A stretch of DNA of 64,000 nt, taken from Isosphaeraceae bacterium. GTDB taxonomy: Bacteria > Planctomycetota > Planctomycetia > Isosphaerales > Isosphaeraceae. This document shows positions 18,674 to 28,265 of the stretch, in pieces (positions within the stretch are counted from its first letter, which is position 1; each line of letters starts with the position of its first letter). Below the pieces are notes generated by a model. That model saw only the letters and a program-made list of their open reading frames with translations, was not told the origin of the DNA and ran no database searches. The position numbers and the translations under genes are program-made. The stretch spans positions 372,001-436,000 of the forward strand of contig CBDAVP010000016.1 in the NCBI GenBank assembly GCA_965201075.1, written 5' to 3'.

Positions 18674-19798
18674 ATGCCAACCTTGGAATTGCCGACGGAC
18701 TTCGCCTCCGCGGAAACCCCCCTGCCCTTCGACGCTTATCGAGACGCCGACCTGCCGGGGCTGGAAGCGCGCATCTGGGCGGCGAAGCGCGCGATGGGGG
18801 ATGAGCTGATTATCCTGGGGCATCATTATCAGCAGGACGAGGTGATCCAGTTCGCCGACTTGCGAGGTGATAGTTACAAGCTCGCGAAGATGGCAGGGCA
18901 GAGTGCGACTTGCCGGGCGATCGCATTTTGCGGCGTCCACTTCATGGCCGAGACGGCCGACATCCTGACGCGCCCCGAGGTGGATGTCGTTTTGCCCGAC
19001 CTGGCGGCCGGTTGCAGCATGGCCGACATGGCGGACCTGGACGCGGTGGAAGCGGCCTGGGCGGACCTGGGCGAGGTGATCGACGTTGATGACCTGATGC
19101 CGGTGACGTACATCAACTCCACGGCCGACCTGAAGGCGTTTTGCGGGCGTCATGGGGGGATCGTCTGCACCTCGTCGAACGCGAGGGCCGTGCTGGAGTG
19201 GTCGTTCGCCCGTCGCAAGCGCGTGCTGTTCTTCCCCGACCAACACCTGGGGCGAAACACGGCCAAGCGGATGGGCATCCCCCTGGAACAAATGCACGTC
19301 TGGAACCCCCGCAAGCCGTTGGGTGGACTGGCCGAGGCGGTCTTGCGAGACTCGAAGGTTTTGCTGTGGATGGGGCATTGCTCGGTCCATCAGATGTTTC
19401 GACCGGCTCATGTCGACCAGATCCGTCAGCAACATCCGGGAATTCAGGTGCTGGTTCATCCGGAATGCATGATGTCGGTGGTGGACAAAGCGGATTTCGT
19501 GGGCTCGACGGAGTTCATCCTCAAGACCGTGGCCGACGCTCCGGCAGGTTCGTCGTGGGCGGTGGGGACCGAGCTGCATCTGGTGAACCGGCTTGCCCAG
19601 GAGCATCCGGACAAGAGGGTTCTGTTCCTGTCGCCGATGGTTTGCATGTGCGCGACGATGTACCGAATTGACGTGCCGCACCTGGCCTGGGCCGTTGAGA
19701 ATCTGGCGAGGGGGACGCCGGTCAACGTCATCAAGGTGCCCGAGGAGACGGCGCATTGGGCCCGCGAGGCGCTCAAGCGGATGCTCGAAGTCCATTGA
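18674..19798 (+). CDS. nadA: Quinolinate synthase
   Basis: ILGHHYQ, GDSYKLA, FCGVHFMAETA, AGCSMADM, TYINST, CTSSNA, PDQHLG, GHCSVH, HPEC, GSTE, CMCATM. Confidence 0.96.
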   Translation: MPTLELPTDFASAETPLPFDAYRDADLPGLEARIWAAKRAMGDELIILGHHYQQDEVIQFADLRGDSYKLAKMAGQSATCRAIAFCGVHFMAETADILTRPEVDVVLPDLAAGCSMADMADLDAVEAAWADLGEVIDVDDLMPVTYINSTADLKAFCGRHGGIVCTSSNARAVLEWSFARRKRVLFFPDQHLGRNTAKRMGIPLEQMHVWNPRKPLGGLAEAVLRDSKVLLWMGHCSVHQMFRPAHVDQIRQQHPGIQVLVHPECMMSVVDKADFVGSTEFILKTVADAPAGSSWAVGTELHLVNRLAQEHPDKRVLFLSPMVCMCATMYRIDVPHLAWAVENLARGTPVNVIKVPEETAHWAREALKRMLEVH

Positions 19799-20850
19799 GC
19801 GTCGAGCCGAGGGCGAGGCCGGCGACCGCGGCGACGGTCGGGACGGGAGTCGCGGCTCGTCGAGGTCCGGGCGGTCGGTGGACTCGGCGATTGGTTTGGG
19901 GATATGGCCTGCTGGTCGTCACGTCGCTGGTGCTCATTCGCTGGCGAGGGGATGAGTGGTGGCCGGCGACCCTCTTGTTGTTCTCGCCCCGATGGCTGTT
20001 CCTGGCCCCCTGGCCGGCGCTGGCTTTGGCCTGCTGGTGGTGGGACAGGCGGCTGTTGGTGGGTCTGGCGGTGGTGGGGTTGCTGGTCGTGGGACCGTTG
20101 ATGAACCTGTCGATCCCCTGGGTTCGCCAGAGCCAGGGTCGGGGACTGGCCGTTCGCATCATGACCTACAACCTCGGCGAAGTGCCCCTTGATGGGATAG
20201 CCCTCGGCCGATTCATCGAGGGGGAGCGTCTCGACGTGGTTTGCTTCCAGGAGTCGCGGTCTCATCAGCGAGAACTGGAGGTGGCGTTTCGAGGGCGAGG
20301 CTGGGAGAAGGATCGCCAGGGGACGATCTGGAGTCGGCTGCCGATCGTCGGGGAGTGGGACGACCTGACCCACTTCGATGGCGACCGGGGGTATTACCGT
20401 CGTTACACCTCGCGGGTTCGGGTCCGGGCGTCGACCGGCGAGGCGTTTGTCGTCACCAACAGCCACTTACCGACGATGCAAGTGGGAATGCGGGCGATCC
20501 TGGGCGGAGACCTGGACTCCTTCCGGGCTCATGAGACCTGGCGGGCGGAACAGTTGGATGCCCTGCGGGTCGAAGTGGAACGACTCGACGAGTGGCCCGG
20601 ACTTGTAGCTGGGGACCTTAACACGCCGGCGGATAGTCCGTTGCTGGAGCCTTTGCGAGAGCGGTTCACCTTCGCGTTCGATCGGGCGGGCTGGGGGTAT
20701 GGGTACACCCGGCCGACCTTCCCTCCTTGGACGCGCATCGACCACATCCTGGCCGATCCTCGCTGGGATGCGAGGCGGTGCTGGGTGGGGCCGGACCTGG
20801 GCTCCGACCATTTGCCGTTGCTGGCGGAAGTGGTGCTGTCGCGTCGTTGA
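19795..20850 (+). CDS. Membrane-anchored endonuclease/exonuclease/phosphatase (EEP) family protein
   Basis: Three N-terminal hydrophobic segments; IMTYNL, CFQE, SHLPT, AGDLN, RIDHIL, GSDHLP; TTG overlaps the nadA stop. Confidence 0.88.
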   Translation: MSVEPRARPATAATVGTGVAARRGPGGRWTRRLVWGYGLLVVTSLVLIRWRGDEWWPATLLLFSPRWLFLAPWPALALACWWWDRRLLVGLAVVGLLVVGPLMNLSIPWVRQSQGRGLAVRIMTYNLGEVPLDGIALGRFIEGERLDVVCFQESRSHQRELEVAFRGRGWEKDRQGTIWSRLPIVGEWDDLTHFDGDRGYYRRYTSRVRVRASTGEAFVVTNSHLPTMQVGMRAILGGDLDSFRAHETWRAEQLDALRVEVERLDEWPGLVAGDLNTPADSPLLEPLRERFTFAFDRAGWGYGYTRPTFPPWTRIDHILADPRWDARRCWVGPDLGSDHLPLLAEVVLSRR

Positions 20851-20957
20851 ATCGATCGAGCGGGCGGGAAGTCGCGTGGCGGAGGGGGGCGGGGGCGTGC
20901 GAAAATCACCGCTCGCGAACCTTGGCCGGTTGGGTCGTGTCGCCAGGCGGGGGTTCG

Positions 20958-23024
20958 ATGGACGCTCACACGCTGGAATTGCTGGACTTCGACAAGATCC
21001 GCGGGCTGGTCGCGTCCTACGCCGCCTGCTCGCTGGGGAAGGACGCCGCTCGTCGGTTGGAACCGTTGACCGAGGTGGGGCCGATCCGCCATCGCCAGGC
21101 CCAGACGAGCGAGATGGCCGAGGCGATTTCCTCCGGTCTCAGTCCGCCGCTGGGTGGGCTGCACGACATTCGCGCCAATGTCCGTCGGGCCCAGATCGGC
21201 GCGATGCTGACGGCCGAGGAGTTGGCCGAGGTCGTCGAGGTGCTCGGGGCGGTCGACAACCTGGGCCGCTGGCTGGGGAAGGTTGGCGACCAATTCCCGA
21301 GACTCGGCTCGATGAAAGCCGAGGTGGGCGAGTTCGGCGAGGTCGCCAACGCGATCCGCGGTTGCCTGGACAACCGGGGTCAGGTGCTCGATACCGCGAG
21401 CCGACGCCTTTCGGCTCTGCGACGCGAGGTTGGCCAGGCGGAATCGAAGATTCAGGAAACCCTTAAACGGCTGCTGCGCTCTCCCGAGATCAAGCGCATC
21501 CTCCGCTACCCGAACTTCACGATGGTGGGCCACCACTACGTCCTGCCGATCGCCAAGGATCATCGGGGGGAGATCCAGGGGTCGGTCCACCGCACCAGCG
21601 CCAGCAACGAGACGGTGTTCGTCGAGCCCCAGGCGATCGCCGAGCAGTCGGCCCAGCTTTCGTATTTGCGAGCCAAGGAGGAGAAGGAGATTCGGCGCAT
21701 TCTTCGGTGGCTGAGTGCCCAGGTTGGTCAGGTTGGGGATTCGCTGCTCGGAACCCTGGAGACCCTGGCGGAACTCGACCTGGTCCACGCCCGGGGCCGC
21801 TTCAGTCTCGACTACCGAATGGTCTCGCCGGATTTCAACGAGGACGGCCGACTCGTCCTGCGAGGAGCCCGGCATCCCTGGCTCGAATTCCTGTTTCGGG
21901 AGGAGGCCCGTCCCCGCCCGAAACCTGCCCCTGGCGATGTTGAGGCGGCGGAGGCGGCGGAGGTCGAGCCGGAGAAGCGGGAGCCTCGGCAGGTCGTGCC
22001 GATCGGCGTGCGGCTGGGTTTGGAGTTTCAGATCCTGGTCATCACGGGGCCGAACACCGGCGGGAAAACCGTTGCGTTGAAGACCGTCGGCCTGCTGGCG
22101 GCGATGGGGCAGTCGGGCCTGCATATCCCGGCCGAGGCGGGGTCGCAACTGCCGGTCTTCGACGACGTGCTGGCGGACATCGGCGATGAGCAGAGTCTGG
22201 AACAGTCGCTCTCGACCTTCTCGTCGCACATTCGCCGGGTCGGTCAGATTTTTGCCAGGGCGACCCCGAAATCCCTGGTTCTGATGGACGAGATGGGGGC
22301 TGGCACCGACCCGACCGAGGGAGCGGCGCTGGGGAGGGCCATCCTGGACGAACTGGACAGCGTTGGCTGCCGGGCGATCGTCACGACGCACATCGGCGAC
22401 CTCAAGACTTACGCCTTCACGAACCCTCGGGCCGAGAACGCGGCGGTGGAGTTCGACATCGAGACCTTGCGTCCGCGGTATCACCTGCACATTGGTGACA
22501 TCGGCCAATCCAACGCGCTGCAAATCGCCCGGCGGCTGGCCCTGCCGGAACACCTCGTGGCCCGTGCCTCGCGTTATCTGGAGTCGGGTCGAGGCGAGCG
22601 AGCGGCCGACTGGGAGGTCGTTCAGACCTTGAGGCGTGATGCCGAAGCGTCTCGTCAAGCCGCACTGGCCGCGGAGGTCGAGGCCAGGCGGATTCAAGAC
22701 GCGTTGTCGCAACGGTTGAGCGACTCACAGCGACTGGCCGAGGGCGACACCCGGATCGCCGAGGCCCGCGCCCGCATTCAGCCCGGCGACCGCGTGGTGG
22801 TCCCACGCTTCGGCTACGACCGGCCGGGACGGGTCGTCAAGCTCGACGCTCGCAAGGGGACGGCCGTGGTCGCGATCGGTCAGATGAAGTGGGACGTGGC
22901 CGTTTCCGAACTGATTCCGCAACTGCTCCGGCAACCGGAATTGCCCCCGGCGTCAGCGGCTCGCAACAAGTCGCCGGGCGGCCGGGCGACCCTTCGCCTG
23001 GAAGACTTTGGCGAAGGGCCGTGA
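20958..23024 (+). CDS. mutS2: MutS2-family ATPase lacking the C-terminal Smr domain
   Basis: LELLDFDKI, HRTSASNETVFVEP, ARHP, ITGPNTGGKT, DIGDEQSLEQSLSTFSSH, DEMGAGTDPTEGAAL, TTH; ends after a KOW-like domain. Confidence 0.9.
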   Translation: MDAHTLELLDFDKIRGLVASYAACSLGKDAARRLEPLTEVGPIRHRQAQTSEMAEAISSGLSPPLGGLHDIRANVRRAQIGAMLTAEELAEVVEVLGAVDNLGRWLGKVGDQFPRLGSMKAEVGEFGEVANAIRGCLDNRGQVLDTASRRLSALRREVGQAESKIQETLKRLLRSPEIKRILRYPNFTMVGHHYVLPIAKDHRGEIQGSVHRTSASNETVFVEPQAIAEQSAQLSYLRAKEEKEIRRILRWLSAQVGQVGDSLLGTLETLAELDLVHARGRFSLDYRMVSPDFNEDGRLVLRGARHPWLEFLFREEARPRPKPAPGDVEAAEAAEVEPEKREPRQVVPIGVRLGLEFQILVITGPNTGGKTVALKTVGLLAAMGQSGLHIPAEAGSQLPVFDDVLADIGDEQSLEQSLSTFSSHIRRVGQIFARATPKSLVLMDEMGAGTDPTEGAALGRAILDELDSVGCRAIVTTHIGDLKTYAFTNPRAENAAVEFDIETLRPRYHLHIGDIGQSNALQIARRLALPEHLVARASRYLESGRGERAADWEVVQTLRRDAEASRQAALAAEVEARRIQDALSQRLSDSQRLAEGDTRIAEARARIQPGDRVVVPRFGYDRPGRVVKLDARKGTAVVAIGQMKWDVAVSELIPQLLRQPELPPASAARNKSPGGRATLRLEDFGEGP

Positions 23025-23038
23025 TGGTCCGTTCCCGA

Positions 23039-25273
23039 TCACTGCGGCTCTGGCCCCGCCTTCAGGAAGACCACGCTCAACGGTGGCAGCTTCAAGCAGA
23101 TGTGGTGCGGGCGCCCGCCGTGCTCGCCAGGTTGGGCCCAGACCCCTCCGGAATTTCCGGCGTTCGACCCGCCATAAAGGTGCGAGTCGGTGTTGAGAAT
23201 CTCCTGGTAGAAGCCACTATCGGGGACGCCAATTCGGTAATCGTCGCGGGGGATCGGCGTGAAGTTGCAGGCGACGACGAGGGACTCGCCCGGGGTCTTC
23301 CCTTTGCGAAGAAAGGCCAGGACGCTGTTCTCCCAGTCGTGAAGGTCCAACCACTCGAAGCCGGCCCAGTCGAATTCAATCTGGTGCAACGCGGGCTCGG
23401 CCTTATAGAGGGCGTTCAGGTCGGCGACCAGACGTTGCATCCCTCGGTGAGAGTCCCACTCGAGCAAGTGCCAATCGAGACTGGTGCTGTGGTTCCACTC
23501 CACCCAGGGGGCAATCTCGCTGCCCATGTACAGCAGTTTTTTCCCGGGGTGGCCGTACATGTAGCCGTACAGCAGGCGAAGGTTGGCGAATTTCTGCCAC
23601 ATGTCGCCGGGCATCTTGTCGAGCAGCGACTTTTTGCCGTGGACGACCTCGTCGTGAGATAGCGGGAGCAGGAAGTTCTCGGTGAAGGCGTAGATCATGC
23701 TGAACGTCAAGGACCCGTGCTCGTACTTGCGGTAGACCGGGTCCTTGGCCATGTAACGTAGGGTGTCGTTCATCCAGCCCATGTTCCACTTGAGGCTGAA
23801 CCCGAGCCCGCCGAGATAGGTGGGCCGGGAGACGCCCGAGAACGAGGTCGATTCCTCGGCCGCGGTGAGGATGCCGGGGTACTGCTGGTGGGTCAGGATG
23901 TTGAGCTGCTTGAGGAACTCGATCGCTTCCAGGTTTTCATTGCCGCCGAAGGCGTTGGGGATCCACTCTCCGGGATTGCGGGAATAATCGAGGTAGAGCA
24001 TCGAGGCCACGGCGTCGACCCGCAGGCCGTCGATGTGGTAGCGCTCCAGCCAGAAGAGGGCGTTGCCCAGCAGGAAGTTGCGGACTTCGGCGCGTCCGTA
24101 GTTAAAAATCTTGGTGCCCCAGTCCCGGTGTTCTCCGAGGCGGGGGTCGGCGTGCTCGTAAAGATGCGTGCCGTCGAAGAAGCCGAGGCCGTGTTCGTCG
24201 CGGGGGAAGTGGGCGGGAACCCAGTCGAGAATGACTCCGTAGCCGGCCTTGTGGAGCGTGTCGACGAAGTAGGCGAAGTCGTCGGGCGTGCCGAACCTGG
24301 AGGTTGGGGCGAAGTAGCCGACCGGCTGATAGCCCCAGCTTCCGTCGAAAGGGAACTCGCTGATCGGCAGAAGCTCGACGTGGGTGAAGTGCATCTCGCC
24401 GAGGTAAACGACCAGCTCGTCGGCGAGTTCCCGGTAGGTCAAAACGCGGTCGTCTTCCTCGGGCCGACGCTTCCAGGAGCCGAGGTGGATCTCATAGATC
24501 GAGATGGGGGCGTCGAGTCCCTGACGGGTTTCGCGAGTGGCCATCCACTCGGCGTCATCCCAGCGGAACTTGGTGATGTCCCACACGACCGAAGCGGTCT
24601 TGGGGCGTTGCTCGGCGTAGAAACCGTAAGGGTCGGCTTTCTCGACGAGGTAGCCGTTGTGGCGGCTTTTGATCTCGAACTTGTAGACCTCGCCCTCGAC
24701 GAGGTCGGGGAGGAAAATCTCCCAGATGCCTCCGGGGCCACAACTTCTCAGCGGGTGACGACGGCCGTCCCAGTGGTTGAAGTCGCCGATCACGCTGACC
24801 CGTTCGGCGTTGGGAGCCCAGACGGCGAAGTGGACGCCGCGGACCCCCTCGTGCTCGCGAAGGTGCGCGCCGAGCCGTTCGTAATTCTTGTAGTGAGTTC
24901 CCTCGCCCATCAGGTGGAGGTCGAAATCGGACAGGACCGGCCCGAAGCGATAGGGGTCGATGATCTCCCAGGAGTGTCCCTGATGATCCTCGACGGCGAA
25001 CCGGTAGTCCCGGGGTACCGACGCCGGGAAGGTCGCCTCGAAGAAGCCGTCGGGATGGAGCTTATTCATTGGCGTGCGGTCGCCGTTGGCGCCGACGACC
25101 CAGGCGCTGGCGGCTTCGGGCAAGAAGGCGCGGATCACGCTGCCCTTGGTCCCTTGGGTTTTCCCGTCGTGAAGACCGAGAATCCCGAATGGGTCCCAAT
25201 GCACCCCTTTGATGATAAGGTCGATGTCTTGAGGGGAGGTGGTCGGGGCGAGAGACTCGGTCGAGGAGGGCAT
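23039..25273 (-). CDS. glgB: 1,4-alpha-glucan branching enzyme
   Basis: [65 protein letters not shown]. Confidence 0.97.
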   Translation of the reverse strand: MPSSTESLAPTTSPQDIDLIIKGVHWDPFGILGLHDGKTQGTKGSVIRAFLPEAASAWVVGANGDRTPMNKLHPDGFFEATFPASVPRDYRFAVEDHQGHSWEIIDPYRFGPVLSDFDLHLMGEGTHYKNYERLGAHLREHEGVRGVHFAVWAPNAERVSVIGDFNHWDGRRHPLRSCGPGGIWEIFLPDLVEGEVYKFEIKSRHNGYLVEKADPYGFYAEQRPKTASVVWDITKFRWDDAEWMATRETRQGLDAPISIYEIHLGSWKRRPEEDDRVLTYRELADELVVYLGEMHFTHVELLPISEFPFDGSWGYQPVGYFAPTSRFGTPDDFAYFVDTLHKAGYGVILDWVPAHFPRDEHGLGFFDGTHLYEHADPRLGEHRDWGTKIFNYGRAEVRNFLLGNALFWLERYHIDGLRVDAVASMLYLDYSRNPGEWIPNAFGGNENLEAIEFLKQLNILTHQQYPGILTAAEESTSFSGVSRPTYLGGLGFSLKWNMGWMNDTLRYMAKDPVYRKYEHGSLTFSMIYAFTENFLLPLSHDEVVHGKKSLLDKMPGDMWQKFANLRLLYGYMYGHPGKKLLYMGSEIAPWVEWNHSTSLDWHLLEWDSHRGMQRLVADLNALYKAEPALHQIEFDWAGFEWLDLHDWENSVLAFLRKGKTPGESLVVACNFTPIPRDDYRIGVPDSGFYQEILNTDSHLYGGSNAGNSGGVWAQPGEHGGRPHHICLKLPPLSVVFLKAGPEPQ

Positions 25274-25400
25274 CGGCGTGGCTCGCTGATCGCAATGGGA
25301 GGGCCGAGCGGCGGCGTTCCGTTGCGGAAACCCTAACCGCTTCCGCCCCCCTCGTGCAATCATTGTGCCCGGAATCGCGTTCGCACCTCGCGAAGCGGAC

Positions 25401-26177
25401 TCAGCGAAGGGACGGTGGCAAAGGGGGGAGCGCGTCAGTGTCGCCCTTGTCCGCGGGGACCGAGGGCTTCGAGGAATCGCGGCCGGCGAGGACCGCGTCG
25501 GCCTCGGGAGGCTTCGGCGTTGGCAGGCTTTCGACATACTTGCGCCAGGGACCGGTTTCGGTGCCCAGGTCGCGTCCGGAAATCGCTCGCAAGGCATTGA
25601 GCGAGGCGTAGCGGATTGACGGGTTGTCGTGGTCCATCCCATCGACCAAAGAGTTCAAAATGCGGGGCTCGGTTGGTTTGAGAAAACCAAGACCGGCGAT
25701 GGCGGCCATTTTGCAGTCGAGATCGGTGTCGACGACCATGCTCCGGATCAGGAGCGTGGCATCCTCGGGCTTGCCGACCTGGCCCAGTGATCGCAGCGCC
25801 TCGGCGCGAATGAGCGATTCGGGGTCTTCAATCGCCTTCAACAAGGCGACGCGGGCTTCCGGGCGATGGAGGCGGCCCAGGGTCTGGCAGATGAGGGCCC
25901 GAGAGGCGACTGGCTCCCGGCCCGCCTGGAGTGAGTCGGTGAGCAGGTGAACGGCGTCGTCCTTCTGCCCTTCGTTGTCGTAGGCGTTGGAACTGCCGAG
26001 CTTGGCGAAGGCATTGTACCGCACGTTGGGGTCGGGAGCTTCGCGCACCTGCCTCATGAAGCTCAGGGCGGTCGTGCCCGAAAAGCTTGAGCACGCCAAC
26101 GGCGCCGTGGCCGCCAGGGCGAGGAGAATCATCGAGAGGCGGTCTCGGCCGCGGGGTATTCGTCTTCGGCCTTCCAT
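25401..26177 (-). CDS. HEAT-repeat lipoprotein
   Basis: Basic N-terminus, hydrophobic stretch and PLAC lipobox; repeats [37 protein letters not shown]. Confidence 0.8.
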   Translation of the reverse strand: MEGRRRIPRGRDRLSMILLALAATAPLACSSFSGTTALSFMRQVREAPDPNVRYNAFAKLGSSNAYDNEGQKDDAVHLLTDSLQAGREPVASRALICQTLGRLHRPEARVALLKAIEDPESLIRAEALRSLGQVGKPEDATLLIRSMVVDTDLDCKMAAIAGLGFLKPTEPRILNSLVDGMDHDNPSIRYASLNALRAISGRDLGTETGPWRKYVESLPTPKPPEADAVLAGRDSSKPSVPADKGDTDALPPLPPSLR

Positions 26178-26345
26178 GACCGTCCCTTCGGACCCGCCGC
26201 GACGCGGGTCGATCAGCCTTGGTAATGGTCGGGGTAGACCGACGGCCGTGGACACGCCGTCGGGTCGAGAGGTGCGCGGCACTCTAGTCGGACGCGAGAA
26301 ATCCGACAAGGGCAACCGAAGTGCCCCTGGGCATGTCTGGGGCGG

Positions 26346-26382
26346 AAAAAAGCCGCCCCCTCGGTTGGCCCGAGAGGGCGTC
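26346..26382 (-). terminator. Intrinsic terminator of the histone-like gene
   Basis: Minus strand GACGCCCTCTCGG-GCCAA-CCGAGGGGGCGGC followed by TTTTTT. Confidence 0.8.
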
Positions 26383-26412
26383 GGGTCCGCGATCGACGGG
26401 TGGGAGCGGAAC

Positions 26413-26820
26413 TTAGGCCTGAGCGGCGGGGGCGGTCAGGTGCTTCTCGCCGGCCTTGGTCAGAATGTAGTGGAACGAACCGGATTCTTTGTGCTTGGGG
26501 CCTTTCTTGAGCAGCTTTCGATCGACCAGGGCGTCGATGGTTCGCTGCTCGATTTTCTGCCCGATCAGGTAGCCGGGATCGCCAGCGTCCTTGATCTTCT
26601 TGAGGAAGTCACGCTGACGGTCGTTCAACTTGACCTCGGCCGCCTTCTTGGCCGGAACCGCGGCCTTGGGGGCCGAAGCCTTCTTCGCGGCCTTGGGGGT
26701 GGCCGACTTCGCCGAAGTCTCGGCCGTGACCGGGGCCACGGCTTTCTTCTTGTTCGCGGCCTTCTTCGGGGCGCGGGTCACTTCCCCCGCGGCTGTCTTG
26801 GTGCTCTTCTTCACCGCCAT
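26413..26820 (-). CDS. Small basic DNA-binding protein: Lys/Ala/Pro-rich N-terminal tail plus C-terminal winged-helix-like domain
   Basis: MAVKKSTK...APKKAANKKK...TPKAAKKASAPKAAVPAKKAA then KLNDRQRDFLKKIKD...QRTIDALVDRKLLKK...HYILTKAGEKHL; strongly GC3-biased codons; own terminator. Confidence 0.85.
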   Translation of the reverse strand: MAVKKSTKTAAGEVTRAPKKAANKKKAVAPVTAETSAKSATPKAAKKASAPKAAVPAKKAAEVKLNDRQRDFLKKIKDAGDPGYLIGQKIEQRTIDALVDRKLLKKGPKHKESGSFHYILTKAGEKHLTAPAAQA

Positions 26821-26899
26821 CGCTTTCAACCCTCGCTAGAGAGGAAAACCGCTCGCGGCCGACTCCGACGCTGCCGCCGCTGCTAGCAGTTCTTAGCGA

Positions 26900-26979
26900 A
26901 ATATATCACGCTCGGGAAGACGAAGATGGGTCGATCACTCGTGATTTTCCCCCGAAAACCGGACGAAAACGACACAAAA
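26900..26979 (-). promoter_or_regulatory. Candidate extended -10 promoter (TGaTATATT) with upstream phased A/T tracts
   Basis: TGATATATT on minus strand at 26908-26900; tracts at 26945, 26955, 26966 and 26976 (10-11 bp period). Confidence 0.5.
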
Positions 26980-27487
26980 CCACTTCGACTCGCGGCAAGA
27001 TGACAGACCGAGTTTCGCTTGCGTTGAAATTCGCGGATACACTCGTATGATCCAAATTCAACGCATTGTGTGCATTTTTCGCTGGTTTTCCCGCACCAAT
27101 GAATTGAACGATCCTTCGCGGTCACCCGGCCGAACATGATTTCGCGCGGGGACTGTGACACTGGGATGACAGCCCAACGACCAGCTCGAAAATTCCGCCG
27201 AAGTCGCGAGGTTTTTTTGAAATGGCGCCTGGTTCCTGGGACATTCCGCGACTGAACCGCGACCATCCCTCAGTCTCGCTCCTCGTCAAAGCCACTCTCA
27301 TCGCGAACAACGAGAACCCGCTCGCGGAGGTCTCCCTCGCTGGAACGGCGGACTCGATCGAGTTCGCCGGGCGCGATCAACGATGCTCTCCAGGAACACT
27401 CCGTGCGTCTGGCGACGGTGGTGGTCGGGCTTGCGTCGACCCGCGCATTGACGGCTAATGACCGGTCGAGCGGTCCGCGAATCGCCC

Positions 27488-27534
27488 TTGCCGTTTGGTT
27501 TCGGATCGCGGATAATCACTGAACAAAGAAACAG
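27488..27534 (+). promoter_or_regulatory. ruvAB promoter with adjacent CTG-N10-CAG element
   Basis: TTGCCG (27488-93), 17 nt, GATAAT (27511-16); CTGAACAAAGAAACAG at 27519-27534. Confidence 0.55.
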
Positions 27535-27554
27535 GAACGGGTGAGGTTGTCGCC

Positions 27555-28214
27555 ATGCTCAGTCAGATTCGAGGCGTGCTCCGCGAGGTTGGCGAGGAGG
27601 TGGTAACCCTGGCGGTCGATCCGTTCGAGTTCGAGGTGATGGTGCCCGAATCGGCCCGGCGACAACTTCAAGGGAAGGTCGGCGAGATGGTGGCGTTGCG
27701 GACGATCTTTTATGTCGAGGGGAACGCTGTGGGCGGGCGGATGACGCCGAAACTGGTCGGCTTCACCTCGGCCGTCGACCGGGAGTTTTTCGAGACGTTC
27801 TGCTCGGTCGATGGCGTTGGGGTTCGCAAGGCCCTCAGGGGGATGGTCCGGCCTGTGCGTGAGATCGCGCGAACGATCCAGGACCAGGACGTGAAGACGC
27901 TGGCGACCTACCCGGGCATTGGCGAGGCGATCGCCGAGCGGATTGTCGCCAAGCTTCGCCGCAAGGTCGGCAAATTCGCTTTGATCGTCGGGGCCGCCGG
28001 CGCTGGCGAGGCAGGCTCTCACGCCGCCGAGGCGAACGGTGCCCCGGGCAATGCCGAGCCGGACGTGATCCGCGACACCTTCGCCGCGCTGATCTCGGTC
28101 GGCCATTCCGAGAGCCACGCCCGCCAGGTGATCGACCAGGTGCTTTCCGGCAAGAAAAAGTTCAAGAGCGTGGCCGACATGATCGATGCGATCTACCAGC
28201 AGAACAAAGATTGA
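27555..28214 (+). CDS. ruvA: Holliday junction branch-migration protein RuvA
   Basis: MLSQIRG, LVGF...DREFFE, SVDGVGVRKA, YPGIGEAIAERIVAKLR, C-terminal ALISVG domain; directly upstream of ruvB. Confidence 0.93.
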   Translation: MLSQIRGVLREVGEEVVTLAVDPFEFEVMVPESARRQLQGKVGEMVALRTIFYVEGNAVGGRMTPKLVGFTSAVDREFFETFCSVDGVGVRKALRGMVRPVREIARTIQDQDVKTLATYPGIGEAIAERIVAKLRRKVGKFALIVGAAGAGEAGSHAAEANGAPGNAEPDVIRDTFAALISVGHSESHARQVIDQVLSGKKKFKSVADMIDAIYQQNKD

Positions 28215-28265
28215 CCCTTCCCCGAGGAGAGGGGCCAGACGCCCCGCAACCAGGAGCGGACCACG

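Noticed and set aside
17052..22712. Long antisense ORFs (e.g. 17052-18680, 18623-19795, 20529-22712) and similar ones throughout the window
   Set aside because: Expected stop-poor shadows of high-GC3 genes; no motifs, and they fully overlap confidently identified genes
26883..27519. Short ORFs in the gap between the histone-like gene and ruvA
   Set aside because: Atypical codon usage, no SD or recognisable motifs; treated as non-coding
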